From Podarcis muralis (taxonomy: Eukaryota), in NCBI RefSeq assembly GCF_964188315.1, contig NC_135667.1, forward strand, positions 25,668,001 to 25,732,000: 64,000 bases of DNA, given 5' to 3'. The notes under the pieces were generated by a model. That model worked only from the letters and a program-made list of their open reading frames with translations, did not search any database and had not been told where the DNA came from. Of this stretch, positions 58,668 to 64,000 are shown piece by piece; the first letter of the stretch is position 1; every line of letters begins with the position of its first letter. The position numbers were made by a program, and so were the translations under genes.

Positions 58668-59824
58668 AAGTGTTGATTGAATCTAGTGTGTTTAGACATT
58701 ATTTTAAACTGTCATGACACTTATATTTTCAGTTTTCTTTGGGTGAAAGGGAGGGGGTAATGGAGCTGCATTAATATTTTTCTAAACAGAGTGAATAATA
58801 TTGATAATAATAGAAATAGAAACAAAAAGATAGGTTTCATTTATATAACATATCCACTGTATATACTCAATTACTCAATCCAGTGGTTCTATAAATCCTG
58901 AGAGCAGAATATATTCAAATAATGAACAAATTCTCTATAGCAAATTAAGCTCTGGGGAGAATGCATAATATGAACCTATGAGGACTTTAAAAAGAAAAAT
59001 GCATTCCAATACATAGTGATGAGAAAAATGCTTTACCCATGAGGATATCCTCATGGGTAAAGCATTTCTTCTAGCCAATTTTATCTGTGCAAAAGAACTT
59101 ACAGAACCTAAATGAAGCAGCCCATAGGCAGAGCTTTTTTTCAGCTGGAACTCACCAGAACCCAGTTCCAGCACCTCTCAGGTGGGTACCATTGCCATTC
59201 TAGGAGAAAAAGGAAGGTGTTCATGCTGAGTTCTGGCACCTCTTTTTCTAGAACAAATAATTAAAAAATGGCACTGCCCATGGGCAAGGCTTTATCAATA
59301 TACCAGCAGTGATTCAATTCGAAACCCAGCATTCAGAAATCATCTGGATGCACAGGGAAGCAGGCAGAAAGCAGATTCAGTGTCACATTTTGACAAAGGT
59401 GCAGCAGGATCTGATCAACTTCATTGTGATACAAAGAGGCATACCACATTGAGCATAATTTAAGTGGGATTACATCATTCACAGACACACCCGCCCCCTG
59501 CCTAGGATATGACAGATTGTGAAATACTTGCCCAGAACCTTTTTGGATATGATGCCCAAAGTATGCACCTGAAAATCCCCTAGGGGTGGGTCCATGCAGG
59601 GGTCAGAAATCCTCTCTGTGGCTCTCTCTCTTTCTGCAGCAATGTCAGGGTGCTCCCTGAATAAACTCTGGTTGGAAGCCTCATGGCAACTGTGCTCACC
59701 CATCACTGGGATCCTCAAATCTTGGGTGGAACCATCCAAGATATATTGAGTGGCTTGATGGTTCGCATAAAGTTAACACAGAGGGTATACAGCCACTAAC
59801 TTGATAGGTATGGAGGCTATAAAC

Positions 59825-60156
59825 CGGTCCTGAAAGACTTACATTGGCTCCCAGTACGTTTCTGAGCACAATTCAAAAGTGTTGGTACTGACTTTAAAGC
59901 CCTAAATGGCCTTGGTTCAGTATACCTGAAGGAGTGTCTCCACCCCCATTGTACAGCCCAGACACTGAGATCCAGCTCTGAGGGCCTTCTGGCGGTTCCC
60001 TCCCTGAGAGAAGTGAGGTTACAGGAAACCATGCAGAGGGCCTTTTTGGTAGTGGTGCTCACCCTGTGGAACGCCCTCCCATCAGATGTCAAGGAAATAC
60101 ACAACTATCTTACTTACTGAAGGCAGCCCTGTTTAGGGAAGTTTTTGATGTTTGAT
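59825..60156 (+). mobile_element. L2 LINE 3' region, interrupted by a PLE
   Basis: PVLKDLHWLPVRF...FKALNGL...RTLRSSSEGLLAVP...LWNALPSDVKE. Confidence 0.85.
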
Positions 60157-60389
60157 TACAGGTAGGTAGCCGTGTTGGTCTGCTGCAGTCGAAACAAAAT
60201 TTTAAAAAAATCCCTTAGAGACCAACTAAATTTGTTATTGGTATGAGCTTTCGTGTGCATGCACACTTCTTCAGATTATGAATTCTTCAGATGTATCTGA
60301 AGAAGTGTGCATGTACACAAAAGCTCATACCAATAACAATCTTAGCTGGTCTCTAAGGTGCTACTGGAAGGAATTTTTTAAATTTAATT
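60157..60389. mobile_element. Neptune-type PLE mini-insertion, inverted arms
   Basis: Tail-bearing minus arm with an intact-core hammerhead (60241-60278); tail-less plus arm with a G12>A hammerhead (60293-60330). Imperfect 12-bp TSD TT(G/A)AT(G/A)TTTGAT. Confidence 0.82.
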
Positions 60390-60641
60390 TTAATATTTGA
60401 TGTTTTATTGTGCTTTTATTTGTTAAATCATTTTTATTAATTTCCCAATAAAAAACATCCAATTAACATATCAAATCATAATCAAATAAAAAGGGGAGAA
60501 AACTAAAATAAAAAGGTCAAATTATCTTACAAATTGTAATTATTAATTTTTCAGGCTTCCCATAGTCTGGACCTTGAAGCATAACTCCAAATCTCAATTC
60601 TGCCTCTTGTTGTTGTTTCCATATTTCCACATCTCAATTAT

Positions 60642-61000
60642 GGGACGCGGGTGGCGCTGTGGGTAAAAGCCTCAGTGCCTAGGGCTTGGCGATCGAAAGG
60701 TCGGCGGTTCGAATCCCCGCGGCGGGGTGCGCTCCCGTTGCTCGGTCCCAGTGCCTGCCAACCTAGCAGTTTGAAAGCACCCCTGGGTGCAAGTAGATAA
60801 ATAGGGACGCTTACTAGCGGGAAGGTAAACAGTGTTTCCGTGTGCTGTGCTGGCTCGCCAGATGCAGCTTTGTCACACTGGCCACGTGACCCAGAAGTGT
60901 CTCCAGACAGCGCTGGCCCCCGGCCTCTAGAGTGAGATGGGCACACAACCCTAGAGTCTGTCAAGACTGGCCCGTACGAGCAGGGGTACCTTTACCTTTA
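60642..61000 (+). mobile_element. Full-length Sauria SINE (POM-like)
   Basis: GGGACGCGGGTGGCGCTGTGG A box, GGTTCGAATCC B box, (ACCTTT)n end. Confidence 0.92.
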
Positions 61001-61844
61001 AGTTCATGTCTCTGTCTCTGCGATTCTCAATCATGTTAGAAATCATATATCCTTTCGTCCGTCGAGTATAGCTTTATTTGTGTAATATACTTTTCCAACT
61101 GTCTTTTTGCTAGTGCAGCTTCAACTGGCTCCATTCCAATCTGGGCTGTTATCCAACTCTCTGAAGTTTAATGTCACGGCAACTCCCAAATCATTAATCC
61201 TTCCAGTCCAAGCTGTTGTCCAAACCTTTCTTTTGAGATTTAAAAATACAGTACCTTCCACATTATTGAGTTATTCTTCATAATTATTAAGCAGGCTGTT
61301 TGCTATGTTGCAATATATCAGTCATTTGGCGATCAATCAGCCTTCCTGACTGTTTTAAAAAACAATATTTCACAATAAAATGGCATGTTGAAATTACATG
61401 CCTGGGGAGGCTTGTGGAAACAAACAAACAAACAAAAAAGGGTTTCAAGAGGTGCCAAAAACAAGACTATGAAGGTGCTTGCCTGCTATTACTGTTCAGA
61501 CCAGCCCTTCCAATGTGCAACTTAGTGAGAGTGAGCAACAGGGAAGAGACAGAGGCGATGGAACCAGAAAACACAGTTGTGCACTTTTTCTTATATGACT
61601 GCAATTAGATGGTGGTGAATGCTAGGGTCCATGTCACTCCAGTATAAATTCTAAAAGTGACCCACTATGCCTCAATAGATATTAATGCAACACTTTAATG
61701 AGTTTGATTACTAGCCCCGTTCACATTAGCACACGCCCTAATCTGTGAAGATCTTCAAATAAATAAAGGCAAAAATGAAGCTGGCGATATCCATAGACCA
61801 TCCTATGGCCTCCTTTGTGAGGATGTTGACTCTCCTTCCATGGA

Positions 61845-62972
61845 TTTTTTTTTAATATAATTTTTATTAACAGGCCAATCAAATCACATTAATTCCAAAT
61901 CACATTAGTTCCAAATTATACAGCCAGATTTTTAAAATTTTGTTGGGGGTGCCCATACTTCAAGCTCCGAAAGGGATCCAAACATCACTCTTGCTGCTGC
62001 TTTAATTAAACAGTTCTGTTCAGATAGTCTCTTTGTTATTTTCCTCATCTTCTTGTTGTTATCATATATTCCTTTCTTTGTGATCTCTGATAATCTTCAC
62101 AAGCGGGTTGAAAACAAACATATCCTGTGTGGGTTTTACACTCTCCAAGAGTCATATCATATAAAGGACAGACACCATTTCCACACCTCTGTAAATAACA
62201 TTCCCACAGTCTGTCCATTGATTCCCACAGGCTTGCCAATCTATATCTCAGGGGGCCCTGCCAGGTCAAGATCACATTCCAATAACCATACATTCACATT
62301 CCGATGACCCTGGTCCTCCTCCCCCTCATCCTCCTATGGGCAAGCCTGTCTTAACGAAACTCCATTTGTAACTGCGTCATAAAACTTTTTTTCCATTCCC
62401 CGATGTTTCCACCAGTCCTCTCTTTGATCAGTAATTCATTTCCACACAGTTCTTAATCTCCTGCTTGTGATTAGTAATTTGCAATGATTCTTCTCTCTGG
62501 AGGGGAGGGTTATTGGTACTCACATAAGACAAAAAAAGAAAAGAAAAGTCCCCCCCCCCTTTCCAACATACCAATCTTTTCATGATGATTCTTCACTTGA
62601 TTTATTGTCCAGCCCGTCGCTCCGCTCACAGAGATCCCATTAATCAGCAGTCTTTACTCCCGGTCTTCACTTGATGTATGTGCATTAGCTTCTTTCCAAT
62701 TATATATTTCCAATTATATTTTTCGAGCTAATGCTAACCAGTGCGCGATTAAAGACAGCGTCAGGGATAGCCGACCTCACCCAAGGACTTCGTGCCAAGT
62801 GCCCTCACCCCCTTCTTTCGAATCCGGGGGTGAATTATGGACACAGCTGGCAAGGCAGTCCCCCCCATTCCCTTGGGGGGGCAAGGGAGGCTGCATACTC
62901 CCATATCAGCCTCTTAATTACCTCGTGTGGGTCGGAGAGATGTTATTGTCGGCCATCTTTCAATGCGCCCCC
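61845..62972 (-). mobile_element. L1-like element with a large internal deletion
   Basis: Minus strand starts GGGGGCGCATTGAAAGATGGCCGAC (L1-like 5' end). It later reads LQRCGNGVCPLYDMTLGEC, resembling the L1 ORF2 C-terminal CxxC..H..C motif, and ends in AATAAA plus poly(A). Confidence 0.5.
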
Positions 62973-63426
62973 TGGTGGCCCCCTCTGTGGATGTTTTTTA
63001 AGTCATTTGTTATGGATGCTTTATTTGAGATTCCTGCATCACAAAGGATTGGACTAGATGAACTTCTGGGTTGCTTTCAACTCTATAATTCTATGATTCT
63101 ATATTTCTGGGTACATTCAGGAATTAAGGCTCTTAAACAAACAATCTTGTGAATGCATGGATATTAGAAGCTCCTTTTCAGTGTGTTCATTTTGACTCTA
63201 ATTACCCTATACACAGCAAAGAAGAACACAAGGAGTTTCTTGCTGGGACAGGAAAAAGCCCATTTAATCCAACATCTTGTTTTCCAAAGAGACTATGGGA
63301 GGCTCACCAGCAGGACCTGTCCAACACAAGTTTTCCTTCAGATTAAGCATTATGTAGGTCTATATTCCTGCAGAGTGGCATGAAAGTTTGTATTGTTTAA
63401 GAATATACTTGAGAATGCTGATTCAT

Positions 63427-63452
63427 TCCCCTGGGATTATGCACCAATGGGA
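63427..63452 (+). promoter_or_regulatory. Consensus O/E (EBF) site plus a second O/E-like site
   Basis: TCCCCTGGGA fits TCCCNNGGGA, followed by TTATGCACCAATGGGA as in the upstream modules of OR-1, OR-2 and OR-3. Confidence 0.5.
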
Positions 63453-64000
63453 GTGAAGAGGGAGAGTATTCATTAAAAATAGCAAGCAACTAAGGAACAA
63501 AGTCAAACAAAGTCCCATTGGGCTTTTTCTACTGTTGTATGGATGCATAAGAACAACAACAACAACAAAATAGTTGGGTTTTTGTTCTGTGGAACACAAA
63601 AGAAGACTTTATTAATGCAAGTATTTATTGTGGGGCTGCACAGGGACAATTCTGCAAATTTTCAATTATGATGCCATCATGAAAGAGATGCAAAATGCAT
63701 CCTCTTATACGGTATCTAGTTTTACTTAATTTTCTTATTATTATTATTATTTTGAAATCTCATAAAAGATTATGTTGAATTAGTTTTCCTAGTTGCCATT
63801 CAAACATCTTTAGATTTTTCTCATTGTTCCACATACTGATTGGATGCAATTCCCATGTAATTTAAAGAATCCTGCTTCTTGATTTAATAACAAATGCAGA
63901 CACAGGACATCCACAGAGCCTTAAAGGGCAAAAGCATTTAAAGGTATTGTTGTGTTTTCATTTCATTCTTTATTTCTCTTGCCAAATTTATCCAGCTGAA

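Overview
Vertebrate genomic DNA, almost certainly a squamate and probably a lacertid lizard (inferred from POM-type Sauria SINEs and BovB). The window starts with exon 1 of a V2R-type class C GPCR on the minus strand. It then holds a tandem cluster of 9 intact single-exon olfactory receptor (OR) genes (8 on +, 1 on -) and at least 4 OR pseudogene relics, set among many transposable elements: Penelope-like elements (PLEs), BovB/RTE, CR1, L2, L1, SINEs, hAT and Tc1/mariner MITEs, LTR relics and a possible Ngaro relic. The most notable structure is five two-armed inverted PLE insertions from two families. The Poseidon-like family includes a near-perfect 2.2-kb palindrome in (TA)n; the Neptune-like copies have 12-bp TSDs. 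Both families carry minimal hammerhead-ribozyme motifs and a 3' 'tail' that is present on only one arm and can fold back on upstream sequence. One palindrome with an intact sense hammerhead sits about 45 bp after an OR stop codon. The ORs show parallel 5'-biased gene-conversion tracts, recurrent homeodomain/O-E-like upstream modules, a start-codon/splice-acceptor shift, and possible promoter capture across dead OR relics. All calls come from reading the sequence by eye; no database searches or folding programs were run.
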